From positions 1-43,422 of IMG/VR virus record IMGVR_UViG_3300011435_000023: a stretch of DNA of 43,422 nt; one strand, written 5' to 3'. The notes beneath the pieces are model-generated. The model ran no database searches. It saw only the letters and a program-made list of their open reading frames with translations, and was not told the DNA's origin. Source of the DNA: a virus. Its lineage: Duplodnaviria > Caudoviricetes. Shown piece after piece: positions 1 through 9,150 of this stretch. Both the position numbers and the translations under genes were made by a program. How positions within the stretch are numbered: the stretch's first letter is position 1; every line of letters begins with the position of its first letter.

Positions 1-10
1 CGGTTTTTGC
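1..10. repeat. 10-bp terminal direct repeat, left copy (CGGTTTTTGC)
   Basis: Identical to 43413-43422; suggests a circular or circularly permuted contig. Confidence 0.75.
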
Positions 11-63
11 TAAATTTTTTATAGTAAGTATTTTAGCAATTGAAAGTAGCAGTTGCTTTAAGC

Positions 64-93
64 AAAAAACCTCCCGAGTCTAGCACCGGGAGG
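64..93 (-). terminator. Intrinsic terminator-like hairpin
   Basis: CCTCCCG/CGGGAGG stem with an A6 run on its left side (U-tract on the minus strand). Confidence 0.6.
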
Positions 94-181
94 GCCCTAA
101 TCAAAAACCATTAACCATTAAACCTTATCCTATAAAAACGGAATGAATATAAGAATTAATGCCCATTTAAATGGCTACAAT

Positions 182-207
182 AAAAGGCCGCAGGGTAATC
201 TGCGGCC
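182..207 (-). terminator. Intrinsic terminator-like hairpin
   Basis: GGCCGCAG/CTGCGGCC stem preceded by AAAA on the + strand. Confidence 0.55.
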
Positions 208-301
208 CCGACTGATTTGTCAGCCTATGAATTCACTTCACTGAAGATCCACTCCCCTTTGTTAACTTCCATGAGGAAAACACAATACTTTCCCGTTTTT
301 T

Positions 302-541
302 ATGGACCGGATAACCATCAACTTTGAACGTGGAGGAAAAAAATACTACGGTTACTTTGTCCAAGTTGCTGGAAGTGGAGACGATTCAACCCGGCATTTG
401 TACGATGATAAAAATTTTTACCTGGGGAGGCTTCGAAAAGATAACAATGATGATTGGGTATTCGATGGCAGCGACCCGAAAGATGAATTGCAGTACTTGG
501 CTAGGTTTTTTGGAAATTATGTCACAGAAAGGCGCAGCTAA
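302..541 (+). CDS. Hypothetical protein (79 aa), moron-like
   Basis: ORF with protein-like composition, oriented against the early operon. Confidence 0.6.
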   Translation: MDRITINFERGGKKYYGYFVQVAGSGDDSTRHLYDDKNFYLGRLRKDNNDDWVFDGSDPKDELQYLARFFGNYVTERRS

Positions 542-571
542 TTGTTGTAGCTTCGATGAAAACTCATTATT

Positions 572-748
572 ATGCCAGATGATTTAAAAAACAGAGGAAA
601 GGGTGATGATTCCCGAATCAACATCAATCAGATCCACGAAGTAGCTTATTGGACAAAAACGTTAAACGTCACAGCTGGTAAACTTGCAGAAGCTGTTAAA
701 GCTGTAGGACCCATGGTAAAAGACGTGAAGAGGTACCTCGGTAAGTAA
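572..748 (+). CDS. DUF3606 family small protein (58 aa)
   Basis: Not in the ORF track; manual translation MPDDLKNRGKGDDSRININQIHEVAYWTKTLNVTAGKLAEAVKAVGPMVKDVKRYLGK fits the DUF3606 pattern (RIN..E.YW...AV..VG). Confidence 0.8.
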   Translation: MPDDLKNRGKGDDSRININQIHEVAYWTKTLNVTAGKLAEAVKAVGPMVKDVKRYLGK

Positions 749-808
749 GCTACTGAGATAGCTTAATTGTCTTACCAGCTTCCTGTTCGTTGCTATCCGG
801 CCTGGCTT

Positions 809-1051
809 TTACACCAGCCAATTCTCCCGTAATCTTTCATTAAAAAACTCTCCTTCATTTTGAATTATCTTTTTTCTTGACCACACTTGTACCTGTTTAA
901 AACTGAGCTTCAGGATATTTCCGTGATGCCTGACAGAAGAAGGACTGATATTTAATATCCTGGCAGATTCGCTCATGGTGTGATTTGACGATAGTTTTTT
1001 AAGTTCCGTATGAATTTCAACCTTCCGCTTAGGATCAAGATTTCTTGCCAT
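809..1051 (-). CDS. Small HTH-like DNA-binding protein
   Basis: MSESARILNISPSSVRHH helix-turn-helix-like segment. Confidence 0.55.
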   Translation of the reverse strand: MARNLDPKRKVEIHTELKKLSSNHTMSESARILNISPSSVRHHGNILKLSFKQVQVWSRKKIIQNEGEFFNERLRENWLV

Positions 1052-1067
1052 GTTTTAATATTTTCAG

Positions 1068-1262
1068 TTAATAATTAATCAGTTCCATCCCTTTTTTTAT
1101 AACCTCTTGCACATTTATTGAACAGCCAGCTATAAATGCTGCTCTTTCTGCTTCTCGTTTAGCGTTGGCGTGCAGATAATATTCATAGTCGTCAAAATCT
1201 TTATCGTCTATTTCGGGGTAAAGTTTGTTTACTAATTCTTCAAGGTTTTTATCTTTATTCAT
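1068..1262 (-). CDS. Hypothetical phage protein
   Basis: ORF in operon; 'R.AFIAG' motif common in small phage proteins. Confidence 0.6.
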   Translation of the reverse strand: MNKDKNLEELVNKLYPEIDDKDFDDYEYYLHANAKREAERAAFIAGCSINVQEVIKKGMELINY

Positions 1263-1267
1263 AGTTT

Positions 1268-1372
1268 TTATTTTGAGGATGGAATAGGGGATGATTCGGG
1301 AGGGGTTGGTAGCGGCATATGGTTAGCCAACTTAGTTGCGGCAATCTCTGCTTTTGTAGGATTCAGGCTCAT
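1268..1372 (-). CDS. Tiny ORF or remnant (34 aa) with a DUF551-like HMPLPTPP motif
   Basis: Manual translation MSLNPTKAEIAATKLANHMPLPTPPESSPIPSSK; fills an operon gap. Confidence 0.3.
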   Translation of the reverse strand: MSLNPTKAEIAATKLANHMPLPTPPESSPIPSSK

Positions 1373-1398
1373 ACAGGTAAATAGGGGGTTTAAGGGTG

Positions 1399-1806
1399 TT
1401 AATAATATTTTTCGCCATCATAAGTATATACTGGTTTGATGAAATAGCCATCTCCTTCCCATTCTTTTTCACTTCCAGTACGGTACTTGTTTAATGATTT
1501 TTTAAAATCCTTTATAGCTCGTTTCCCATGCAATAAAATATCAAGTGGGGTATCATAAACCCTTTGGTCAATGGCGCAAACAATATCGTGACCGTCCAAA
1601 TAGTTCCCTAATTCTTCAATGGTATCGCATAGTCTTTTAAGCGTATCGGTCATCATTTCGTTTTTGCTTTCCAGCCCCTCTTTAATGACATTGTTAGAAA
1701 ACTCGTCGGTATCCTTTTTTGTAGAATTTAAAGACAGTATAATTTGGTAATCTTTTCTTACCCCTTCAAGAGTTGATTCCATGTAATTTATTGTTGCTGT
1801 CGCCAA
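1399..1806 (-). CDS. Hypothetical protein
   Basis: 135-aa ORF collinear with the early operon. Confidence 0.6.
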   Translation of the reverse strand: MATATINYMESTLEGVRKDYQIILSLNSTKKDTDEFSNNVIKEGLESKNEMMTDTLKRLCDTIEELGNYLDGHDIVCAIDQRVYDTPLDILLHGKRAIKDFKKSLNKYRTGSEKEWEGDGYFIKPVYTYDGEKYY

Positions 1807-1826
1807 TAGAATTTTATTGAAGGCAT

Positions 1827-2270
1827 TTAATCTTCCATCTCATAGTAACATCCGAAATCTTCGCAAGCATCGTGGCCATCACATTCTGAACAACGAAAAA
1901 ATTCCAATTCATCACCAACAGGTTGATATTTAGGAGGGAAATATCTTTCAAGAACATGCTCAATTCCAACCATAATTCCCATTTCTTTGTTTGGCTTATA
2001 ATTACCATCCGCATAGTCAGCATCCATTTTATCCTCAAAATATTCCTTGCATTGGGTTAAAACATCGAACACGGCATCTGTCTTTTCTTCTGCGGGTGGG
2101 GTGGTTGGGAATAATCGCTCTCTCATTTGGTCGTATGCTATGAGTATGTTTTCCGCCTCCGTTCGCAGCAAATTATTCCATTCTTGGGCATCCACAGCCT
2201 CTATAAATTCACTTCGCGCATTTCCCAAATATTCTTCAAACGTTTCTTCTTGTTCCTTATCTGTATTCAT
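1827..2270 (-). CDS. Hypothetical acidic protein with C-terminal Cys/His cluster
   Basis: CSECDGHDACEDFGC at the C-terminus. Confidence 0.6.
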   Translation of the reverse strand: MNTDKEQEETFEEYLGNARSEFIEAVDAQEWNNLLRTEAENILIAYDQMRERLFPTTPPAEEKTDAVFDVLTQCKEYFEDKMDADYADGNYKPNKEMGIMVGIEHVLERYFPPKYQPVGDELEFFRCSECDGHDACEDFGCYYEMED

Positions 2271-2323
2271 AGTTTAATATTTTCCCAACAATAGAGAGCC
2301 TGACAGAGATGTATCCTGAAATA

Positions 2324-3721
2324 CTAAAAAGGGTTGTCCTCCTGGCTGGCATCAACTATTGGTTTGTACTGCCTGAATTCCGACCGCTCGCTGAACTTCA
2401 TTTTAGGTGGATCAAAATCTAGCTCCAGGTGAAAGGTTGCCCCATTTCTCCACTTTGGCGCTAACAGGTCTGCGACAAACTCTGTTGAGCTTCCTCCTTC
2501 ATCCTGTTGCCATCCGCTCATATAATCCCGGTGAATGAACATAACAACATCGGCATCCTGCTCAATAGCCCCAGACTCTCTTAAATCGCTCAGTTTTGGA
2601 AACCTGTCTTTGTAGGTCCTGGCTGTTACCTGCCTGTTAAGCTGGCAAAGAGTGATCACAGGGATATCTAATTCCATTGCCATAAGCTTTATTCCCCGGC
2701 TCATTTTAGAAACCTCCTGCTCCCGGTTGTAATTCCTATTGTCTGTAGTAGAATCAATCAATTGCAGGTAATCAATCATTAAACAATCACATCCTTTAGT
2801 TGCCTTCAACTTTACTGCTTTAGCTCTGATCTCATTGATATTGACTTTTGTTTTATCGGAAATGAAAATCGGTAGGTTAATAGTTTCCCGGGAAACTTTT
2901 TCATAAAACCTTCGATGTAATTGTTCATCATTGGCTATATCCCTGAATATCCTGGAGAAATCAATTCCTGTTTCAATAGAACTCAATCGAGCGGCTATTT
3001 CCGTGTTATTCATTTCCAGTGATATTATTCCCACCTTCTTGCCTGAACGTGCCATGGTCAGTGCCATTTGACCCATAAGAGCACTTTTACCAGCTGATGG
3101 CCTGGCTCCTATCACAATCATTTGACCGTTGTAAAATCCTCCATTGAGTGTATCTGCTTTTTTAAATCCTGTAGTAACAAAACTTTTCTTACCTGAAACA
3201 ACCTCCGCCTGATGTTTCATTAGTTCGTATATCAATTCTGACATATCAAACCAGTCTCTTTTTATATCCGTTCCCAGCACTTCCCTGAGTTGTTTATCAA
3301 TGTCTGACAGATTTTTTCGGGGATCTATGTCATCATCAAGCTTGGAATATTTAATCTCCAGGATTCTACGCCTGCGCCACATCTCTTTTACCAAGTGGCA
3401 GTGATACTCCATGTGAGCCGAAGAAACCACACACATAGTCAGCTTTGATAAAAAATGAATAACACTATCACCATCGTCAAATTTTTCAATCCCCTTATTA
3501 ACCACAATGTATTCAGCGACAGTAAATGAGTCGATAGGAATCGAGTTGTCGTACATCTCTTTCAGAACTTCATAGACGATCTTATGACCTGAGAAGTAAA
3601 AACACTCAGCATCTACCAGTCCGTAGGTCCTGCCCATTGCTGGCTTTTCCAGTAAGCAAGCACCTAAAATTGCGGCCTCCAGGTCCGTACCGTAGTGTAC
3701 ATACTTTTTAAAATCAATCAT
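2324..3721 (-). CDS. dnaB: Replicative DNA helicase (DnaB family)
   Basis: Walker A GARPSAGKS, SLEM, IDYLQL, QLNR, LSDLRESGAIEQDADVVMFIHR. Confidence 0.97.
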   Translation of the reverse strand: MIDFKKYVHYGTDLEAAILGACLLEKPAMGRTYGLVDAECFYFSGHKIVYEVLKEMYDNSIPIDSFTVAEYIVVNKGIEKFDDGDSVIHFLSKLTMCVVSSAHMEYHCHLVKEMWRRRRILEIKYSKLDDDIDPRKNLSDIDKQLREVLGTDIKRDWFDMSELIYELMKHQAEVVSGKKSFVTTGFKKADTLNGGFYNGQMIVIGARPSAGKSALMGQMALTMARSGKKVGIISLEMNNTEIAARLSSIETGIDFSRIFRDIANDEQLHRRFYEKVSRETINLPIFISDKTKVNINEIRAKAVKLKATKGCDCLMIDYLQLIDSTTDNRNYNREQEVSKMSRGIKLMAMELDIPVITLCQLNRQVTARTYKDRFPKLSDLRESGAIEQDADVVMFIHRDYMSGWQQDEGGSSTEFVADLLAPKWRNGATFHLELDFDPPKMKFSERSEFRQYKPIVDASQEDNPF

Positions 3722-4380
3722 AATTTCTTGTAGGTTGTTTGGGGTTGCATCTTTCCGTTAACTTCCTTCTCATTGTCAACCGTTTGGCTCTTGCACCAGT
3801 TTATAAAATGCTTATAAACCTCATTTACAGAACCATAATACTTCTCTGAGCAAAAATTTTGAACCTTGAAAATCTTCCACAGGCCCAACACCTGGTCTTT
3901 AGAAATGTTTTTGTTTTTAGTGTATAGGAATAATTCAACAATAACACCCTGTTTAATTTCAGGAAGTTCAAGATCCATCGACTCATGTCCTGGAGTTGTG
4001 TGCCATTTTCCCACTTTAATCCCTTTCTGAATTAATACCTTATTTTCATTTTCCATATGGTTCACCATATGAGGGTCGCATATGGAAGATTTTAGGTTAT
4101 TACGCCTACTCTCAGTAAACTTTAACCTCTTTTCTTTTTCCTTCTCAGCTTTTTCGTTGTAATAATTACCATCAGCATCTCTTTTAAACTTTTCTTGGAG
4201 TATTGGCCATGTACCAAAATCGCCTCCAAGAACGGTTTTTACCTGTGCTAATGATAACCTCCCAAGATTGAACTGAGCATGGAGTAGGTCCATATAACAA
4301 CCTTTTAAATGCCTGGTCATTGCAACTGTGCCTCCTTGCCAATCATTCCAGTACCATAGAACTGCCGGATCTTTCGCCAT
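3718..4380 (-). CDS. Replication initiator (DUF1376/YdaU-like N-terminus)
   Basis: KDPAVLWYWNDW...KGCYMDLL motif; directly upstream of DnaB; contains internal repeats. Confidence 0.75.
   Translation of the reverse strand: MAKDPAVLWYWNDWQGGTVAMTRHLKGCYMDLLHAQFNLGRLSLAQVKTVLGGDFGTWPILQEKFKRDADGNYYNEKAEKEKEKRLKFTESRRNNLKSSICDPHMVNHMENENKVLIQKGIKVGKWHTTPGHESMDLELPEIKQGVIVELFLYTKNKNISKDQVLGLWKIFKVQNFCSEKYYGSVNEVYKHFINWCKSQTVDNEKEVNGKMQPQTTYKKL
4025..4086. repeat. Putative replication origin: three CATATG iteron-like units beside an AT-rich tract
   Basis: CATATG at 4054, 4066 and 4079 inside the initiator gene, as in lambda O. Confidence 0.5.
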
Positions 4381-4831
4381 AATTTGGATGTTGGATTTTA
4401 GCCTGGTTTATCAAATTGTTGAAATCGGAAATATCTTCCTCTGCAAAACTTATTACTACATTAAGCTCCTGATACTTCGTACTATATGAAAAAATAAATA
4501 ACTCAATTCCTTTGTAAGTGCTGACTATGGTCAATAAAACATAAGCCTCAATCGCCGGGTCATACCTTTTACTGATAGCCAATACAGAATTTGAAAAGGA
4601 TTTTACTTTTTCTGATACTGCGTGACAATGCTTGCAAAGAGTCTGGAAATTATCATCCTCGTACTCCCAAGGCTGCCGGCCTGGTAAATATTCTATATGA
4701 TGTATATGAAGGGTGGTGTCTTTATCGGAGCATAATAGACAAGTGAAGCTATCCCGACTAAGTATATCGAGTCTTTTCTTTTGCCATCGAGGATCTTTAA
4801 GCTGCTCCGAGTAATTCATATTTGACATCAT
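4343..4831 (-). CDS. HNH endonuclease-domain protein
   Basis: DPRWQKKR..IL.RD.FTCxxC, LHIHH, TLCxxCH. Confidence 0.85.
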   Translation of the reverse strand: MMSNMNYSEQLKDPRWQKKRLDILSRDSFTCLLCSDKDTTLHIHHIEYLPGRQPWEYEDDNFQTLCKHCHAVSEKVKSFSNSVLAISKRYDPAIEAYVLLTIVSTYKGIELFIFSYSTKYQELNVVISFAEEDISDFNNLINQAKIQHPNYGERSGSSMVLE

Positions 4832-4833
4832 TT

Positions 4834-5763
4834 TTAGTTCATTTTATTAAAGTATTTCATAGCAACAGACCCTATCCACCTGCCCATTGGTACAGGTACA
4901 GCATTTCCAATAAGCCTATAGGAACTCATTTCATTTTCAAAATGGAAGTCATCAGGGAATCCTTGCAGCCTGGCGTATTCACGAACTGAGAACGGTCTAA
5001 CGCCATGCTTTGAATTCTTATCCTTAACCAACCGGGTTCCTAAATCTTTTGAGTAATGAGCGACACAGGTAGGAGCCACAGCACCGGGTAAATCAGGATC
5101 TACTATTATTGGCAGGTCACGGTACTTTCCCTTAATTCTTGCCAACACATAATCAGGCATTGGTACATCCGGATTGTTTTCAATAATATCCTTTAACCTG
5201 ATACTCCTGCTGTTTGATGGAGCACCTATAAAAAACGGCTTCCTGGTAGCTATTAAAATCAAACGCTTTCTTCTTTGTGGCAACCAGTTCTCAGTTTCCA
5301 CCGGACAGAAAACATTAGTATAATAATCAGGGATCTTGGTCATTGCCTCCATCACTACTTTGAATTTTCGCATCCCTGGAACATTCTCCACTGTAAACAT
5401 TTCCGGCTGCTCCAAAACAATATGCCTGAAAGCATGGAGGAAAAGATCATCACCGGTCCTTGTACCGTGTATGTCTGCTATAGGCGAATACTTTGTGCAG
5501 GGCCATGTAAAACACATTATATCTGTTCTCTGTTGATCTAACACCAGCTTATTGGTTATATCCTCATTCAAAACTGTGTGATTAAAATAGCCGCTATTGG
5601 TCATACAGTCGGTGGCCTTCTTATCCAGGTCCAGCGACTGAATAACATCTACCCCAGCCTGCATCATACCCAGCTCCTTACCTCCGCAACCGCTGAAATA
5701 TCCTTTTGCTGTTGGCTTGTACATGCTTTTTTTATTGATTCTTTTACTAATTCTAAAGGCCAT
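4834..5763 (-). CDS. DNA (cytosine-5) methyltransferase, orphan (start may be 5724)
   Basis: FSGCGG, PC, ENV, QRRKR, RLQGFP and GNAV motifs. Confidence 0.93.
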   Translation of the reverse strand: MAFRISKRINKKSMYKPTAKGYFSGCGGKELGMMQAGVDVIQSLDLDKKATDCMTNSGYFNHTVLNEDITNKLVLDQQRTDIMCFTWPCTKYSPIADIHGTRTGDDLFLHAFRHIVLEQPEMFTVENVPGMRKFKVVMEAMTKIPDYYTNVFCPVETENWLPQRRKRLILIATRKPFFIGAPSNSRSIRLKDIIENNPDVPMPDYVLARIKGKYRDLPIIVDPDLPGAVAPTCVAHYSKDLGTRLVKDKNSKHGVRPFSVREYARLQGFPDDFHFENEMSSYRLIGNAVPVPMGRWIGSVAMKYFNKMN

Positions 5764-5915
5764 CTTCCATCTATTTTGAACCTTTCACCACTGGGAAATG
5801 ATAGATAAGCAAATCCATCCCAGATAATTTTATGTACTGACTTGCATTCATCGCTCATCAGATAATCTTCAATTTGTCTCCACCGATATCTATCATCAAA
5901 TGTTTCACGTAACAC
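5664..5915 (-). CDS. Hypothetical protein
   Basis: Fills the gap between neighbours; overlaps the 5' end of the methyltransferase. Confidence 0.45.
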   Translation of the reverse strand: MLRETFDDRYRWRQIEDYLMSDECKSVHKIIWDGFAYLSFPSGERFKIDGRWPLELVKESIKKACTSQQQKDISAVAEVRSWV

Positions 5916-5942
5916 GATTATCTCTTTTTGTTGTTGGCAACA

Positions 5943-6197
5943 TTATTTCGCCAACTTTTTATAAATACTTTTCGCAACTTTCATTGGTGATAACAGGGTA
6001 TAACGAGCTACCGTTGTCTTTCTTCCCTCTGATGTAGTATAAGGAACACGGTCATGAATTATTTTAATTCCGTTATCCTCTAGAATCTGGATCTTACGGG
6101 GAGGATAGCCGACATTTGTCATCCTGGACAATTCCACCGAGGTTAACTGCCTGTTTTCAATCAGGTGTAATAATGTTTCAGCGTGCTTGGATTTCAT
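5943..6197 (-). CDS. Winged-helix/HTH protein
   Basis: LTSVEL...RKIQILEDNGIKI...VARYTL pattern. Confidence 0.65.
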   Translation of the reverse strand: MKSKHAETLLHLIENRQLTSVELSRMTNVGYPPRKIQILEDNGIKIIHDRVPYTTSEGRKTTVARYTLLSPMKVAKSIYKKLAK

Positions 6198-6580
6198 GTT
6201 ATCATTATTAAATTGTAATCAGGATATAGCGCCTCTGTCATTTTCCATTTTAGCCGCCAGATTTCAGTTTGGAAGCCCTTCACCTCGTGATATTCAATAT
6301 CTCCATCCGAAAGAATTACTTTGAAATCAATGTAGTAATTCGCTATGTGACGTTCATTTATTCTGAGATCAATTTTATACTGCGGGATCACTTCTTTGAT
6401 CTCGCCGGCTTTAATTCTCCAGTCCAATTCTTCCGCATGATTAGCCTCTCTTATTGAATCATAGGTTCGTCCGTTATACTGCTTTGTCCTGTTATTGTAC
6501 TTTGACTTGGTACGGTAGCTTTTTTTAGTGAATTGCCTATACATCTTAATAATTCGGGACGGATTGAGAATAAGATTCAA
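6194..6580 (-). CDS. DUF1064 family PD-(D/E)xK nuclease
   Basis: SKYNN, YDSIREA, YYIDF, EVKG motifs. Confidence 0.85.
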   Translation of the reverse strand: MNLILNPSRIIKMYRQFTKKSYRTKSKYNNRTKQYNGRTYDSIREANHAEELDWRIKAGEIKEVIPQYKIDLRINERHIANYYIDFKVILSDGDIEYHEVKGFQTEIWRLKWKMTEALYPDYNLIMIT

Positions 6581-6965
6581 GTTTCAACTGCTCTTTCAAT
6601 GCTGATATCGCTGTCCGAACGTTATCTGAAATGTGAACAAGGGAACGGGTAAACCTTTCGCACAGATCAAATTCATACTGCTCCTGGTGGCAACGGGCGC
6701 CGACATATTCTTTGCCCAATGATGGAGAGAAATACTTTTCATTAGCAACCTCGGAAGCTATCAGGCTGTGATAAGCTTCAACCTTTTTAATATTCCAGTT
6801 CTTTTTAGCAATGGCCATTTGCTCCCCTGCCCATGCAATACAAGAGTTAATTGCATCCAGTTTTTGAATGAGCATGTCAACTGACTGAAGTTCTCCGGTT
6901 GTCTCAAACTCGGTCTGTAACCAGGTTAATCCATCCTCCACCCTTTTAATGTCAATAGTTTTCAT
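6546..6965 (-). CDS. Hypothetical helical protein
   Basis: ORF coupled to neighbours. Confidence 0.65.
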   Translation of the reverse strand: MKTIDIKRVEDGLTWLQTEFETTGELQSVDMLIQKLDAINSCIAWAGEQMAIAKKNWNIKKVEAYHSLIASEVANEKYFSPSLGKEYVGARCHQEQYEFDLCERFTRSLVHISDNVRTAISALKEQLKLESYSQSVPNY

Positions 6966-7447
6966 ATTACCTTATTTAAATTGGCGAAATCCAGATGTAA
7001 TATTTTAGCTGCCTCATTGTAAGCTAAAGCCGCTTCTTCCATTGTTTCAAAATATCCTAAATGATATTGTTTTCCACCCTTTCCAATCTTTGCACGCCAT
7101 TTATTATGATACTTAGCCCAATGAACACCTACAAAAGCGGACGTAGACCCTGATGCCGAAAGCCTATTACAGCCATTTTGTGATTTTGTCGCTATCCTTA
7201 AATTATACCTTTGATTATTTAATCCGTTTCTATCTTTATGGTCTGCGAGTATATCAGGATCGGTAATATTTAAGATAACTCTGTGCATCTTTAAGCCTAT
7301 TGTTTTCCCGTTTCCAATTGAAATATTTCTAACAGCATAATAAGTACGACTGCCTTTTATTGAGTGCCATTTCCATTGATTCAGATAGTCATAGTCACCG
7401 TCATCTACCAAAGCAACGTGACCCCGAGTTAATTTTATTTCTTTCAT
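6962..7447 (-). CDS. HNH-AP2 domain endonuclease (homing type)
   Basis: MHR.I, DHKDRNGLNNQRYNLR, then AP2 GV.W...KWRA.I...HLGYF...EEAALAYN. Confidence 0.92.
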   Translation of the reverse strand: MKEIKLTRGHVALVDDGDYDYLNQWKWHSIKGSRTYYAVRNISIGNGKTIGLKMHRVILNITDPDILADHKDRNGLNNQRYNLRIATKSQNGCNRLSASGSTSAFVGVHWAKYHNKWRAKIGKGGKQYHLGYFETMEEAALAYNEAAKILHLDFANLNKVI

Positions 7448-7659
7448 TCAATCCCCCATTTACGTAAATACTCATCGCCACGTCTTTCTTTTTCCTCCCA
7501 ATCCTCAGGTGTTTCCTTAAATGGTCCCCTAGTCATCCATCCTGGTAATTCTTTCTTCGGAGGAGTACGGCCTATGAATAAGTGTTCTTCGGGCTCATAC
7601 TGAGAATGAAGCCAGTTATTGTAAGCGGTTGATTCGGTTATGTCGTTTATCCAGCTCAT
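7444..7659 (-). CDS. Hypothetical protein
   Basis: ATGA-coupled ORF. Confidence 0.55.
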   Translation of the reverse strand: MSWINDITESTAYNNWLHSQYEPEEHLFIGRTPPKKELPGWMTRGPFKETPEDWEEKERRGDEYLRKWGIE

Positions 7660-8498
7660 GCGGGTTGTTTTAATTCGGTTTGACGAGATGAAAACATTTC
7701 CTTCAACTTTGTATCATTGTCAACGATGCTCTTATTGCTGTTGTATAACCTTACTAAATCAGCAGGGGTAGCACAGTTATTTAATTCCGACTGCCAGGAT
7801 AGAAGAGGATCAACATCAGCGCCACTATCACACCATTCAGCTATCATCTTACCTGTTTCGATTGAAGGGATAAAGGCGGGTTTACCCATGAATAAGCCAG
7901 TACGATCTTTAGAAGCTGTGGCATTGTGCCGGGTATCCATTTCAAGGTTAGCGGTCAATTCATACTCAAATCCTTCGCGTGTTACTTCTTTCAGGCCGGC
8001 CTTTTCAACCTTTACCTTGCCGTTGCTATCCTTACTCATTTCATAGTCCTGCTTACGCCTTACAGTGGTGATGATGTGACATTTTGATTGAAGGATGGAA
8101 TCAATGAAAGATTGATGCCTGGGAGTTACTTTGGCCCAGTCCTGGTATTTACCGCCCAGCTGCTCCTGTATCTGCAAGCAGCCGCCTTTACCGTCCCATT
8201 CGTGAGTAATGGAGTCAATGATTATAACCTCCATACCGGCATCCTCGCATGTCTTAATTGATTTAATATAATTCTCGGGAGTGTATGGAGCCACTAAAGG
8301 AAGGACTGAGTATTCGCCAAGGTGAGCGTATAAATCAGCGCTGTTGTTTTCTGTGTCAATTACAGCCACCTTATTCCAGTCATTGGTGATCCCAAAAGCG
8401 ATCAATAAAGCGGAATAAGTTTTACCACCACCGCTGACCGCTGACAGCCCTAACCGTATTTTTGCTTTTTGTCTCGTTGCTTTCCTTAAATTTGACAT
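7656..8498 (-). CDS. AAA_24 / Sak4-like ATPase (recombinase)
   Basis: SGGGKTYSAL, IDTE, IIDSITHEW, FEYE, KDRT. Confidence 0.85.
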   Translation of the reverse strand: MSNLRKATRQKAKIRLGLSAVSGGGKTYSALLIAFGITNDWNKVAVIDTENNSADLYAHLGEYSVLPLVAPYTPENYIKSIKTCEDAGMEVIIIDSITHEWDGKGGCLQIQEQLGGKYQDWAKVTPRHQSFIDSILQSKCHIITTVRRKQDYEMSKDSNGKVKVEKAGLKEVTREGFEYELTANLEMDTRHNATASKDRTGLFMGKPAFIPSIETGKMIAEWCDSGADVDPLLSWQSELNNCATPADLVRLYNSNKSIVDNDTKLKEMFSSRQTELKQPA

Positions 8499-8530
8499 AT
8501 ATTAATTTTTTACTTGTTAAGAGATTATTG

Positions 8531-8561
8531 AGAGCCCCGTTGTCGCGGGGTTTTCTTTTTT
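8531..8561 (+). terminator. Plus-strand intrinsic terminator inside the leftward operon
   Basis: CCCCG/CGGGG stem followed by TTTTCTTTTTT. Confidence 0.55.
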
Positions 8562-8590
8562 AAAAGGGAGTCGCCGAACCAACGACTCCC
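8562..8590 (-). terminator. Minus-strand intrinsic terminator
   Basis: GGGAGTCG/CGACTCCC stem with an adjacent A run. Confidence 0.6.
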
Positions 8591-8613
8591 TACAAGCCAC
8601 CATCCTCTTCCAC

Positions 8614-8769
8614 CTAGAGAGGCTTTTTAGTATCCTGCTGAATCAAATCACGTAACCTCTGTGCCATGCTCACATTAAGTTTCTTACAGCGGGATTTGAA
8701 TTTCTTTTTCAGGCTCGTTGTTAAATTTGTTTCGAGTGCTGAACCGTTGCTTTTTGTTTCTGTTGCCAT
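8614..8769 (-). CDS. Ribbon-helix-helix-like regulator (51 aa)
   Basis: Manual translation MATETKSNGSALETNLTTSLKKKFKSRCKKLNVSMAQRLRDLIQQDTKKPL. Confidence 0.65.
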   Translation of the reverse strand: MATETKSNGSALETNLTTSLKKKFKSRCKKLNVSMAQRLRDLIQQDTKKPL

Positions 8770-8838
8770 ATAATTATTAAGAGTTAACTTTTTAAAAGGG
8801 GCAATGAGAACAAAGCCCCGTTAATCAAAAAACCGTCA

Positions 8839-9150
8839 TTAGTGCAATTCTTTATCCGAACAAGGCCTTGCTATTATCGTCACCAGCGTATCATTCATGT
8901 CATTACAAAACGGCTCAGCCTTGGGAAGATTCATATACTCAACTATTCTTGCTTGTTCAGTTACTAAGTGGTAATGAATTACCAACTTCGTTCCCAGGTA
9001 CTCTCCGGTTATATCATCATTGATAATCCTTTTCTGTGTCCATGAAATGGCATCCAAAGCCTCTATATGTTCCTTACTGCATGATGATAGTATTTGACAT
9101 ACAAGGATGATGAATAAGAAAAATAATATGTAGTGAAGAATCTGTTTCAT
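8839..9150 (-). CDS. Putative lipoprotein
   Basis: Hydrophobic leader plus LSSC lipobox. Confidence 0.7.
   Translation of the reverse strand: MKQILHYILFFLFIILVCQILSSCSKEHIEALDAISWTQKRIINDDITGEYLGTKLVIHYHLVTEQARIVEYMNLPKAEPFCNDMNDTLVTIIARPCSDKELH

Noticed and set aside
1-10. Terminal 10-bp repeat as attL/attR or cos
   Set aside because: A better att core lies beside int and the ends are far from terS; an assembly overlap is more likely
4834-5763. 5mC-based DNA hypermodification pathway with the GT cassette
   Set aside because: No TET/JBP or hydroxymethylase recognised, and the GTs are unlinked to the replication genes; not fully excluded
4343-5763. HNH plus methyltransferase as a restriction-modification pair
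   Set aside because: This HNH type is commonly found next to phage replication initiators; no evidence of cognate specificity
5664-6197. Stop read-through joining two in-frame ORFs at TAA 5943-5945
   Set aside because: TAA is used as a normal stop throughout, a GTG start is available, and there is no sign of recoding
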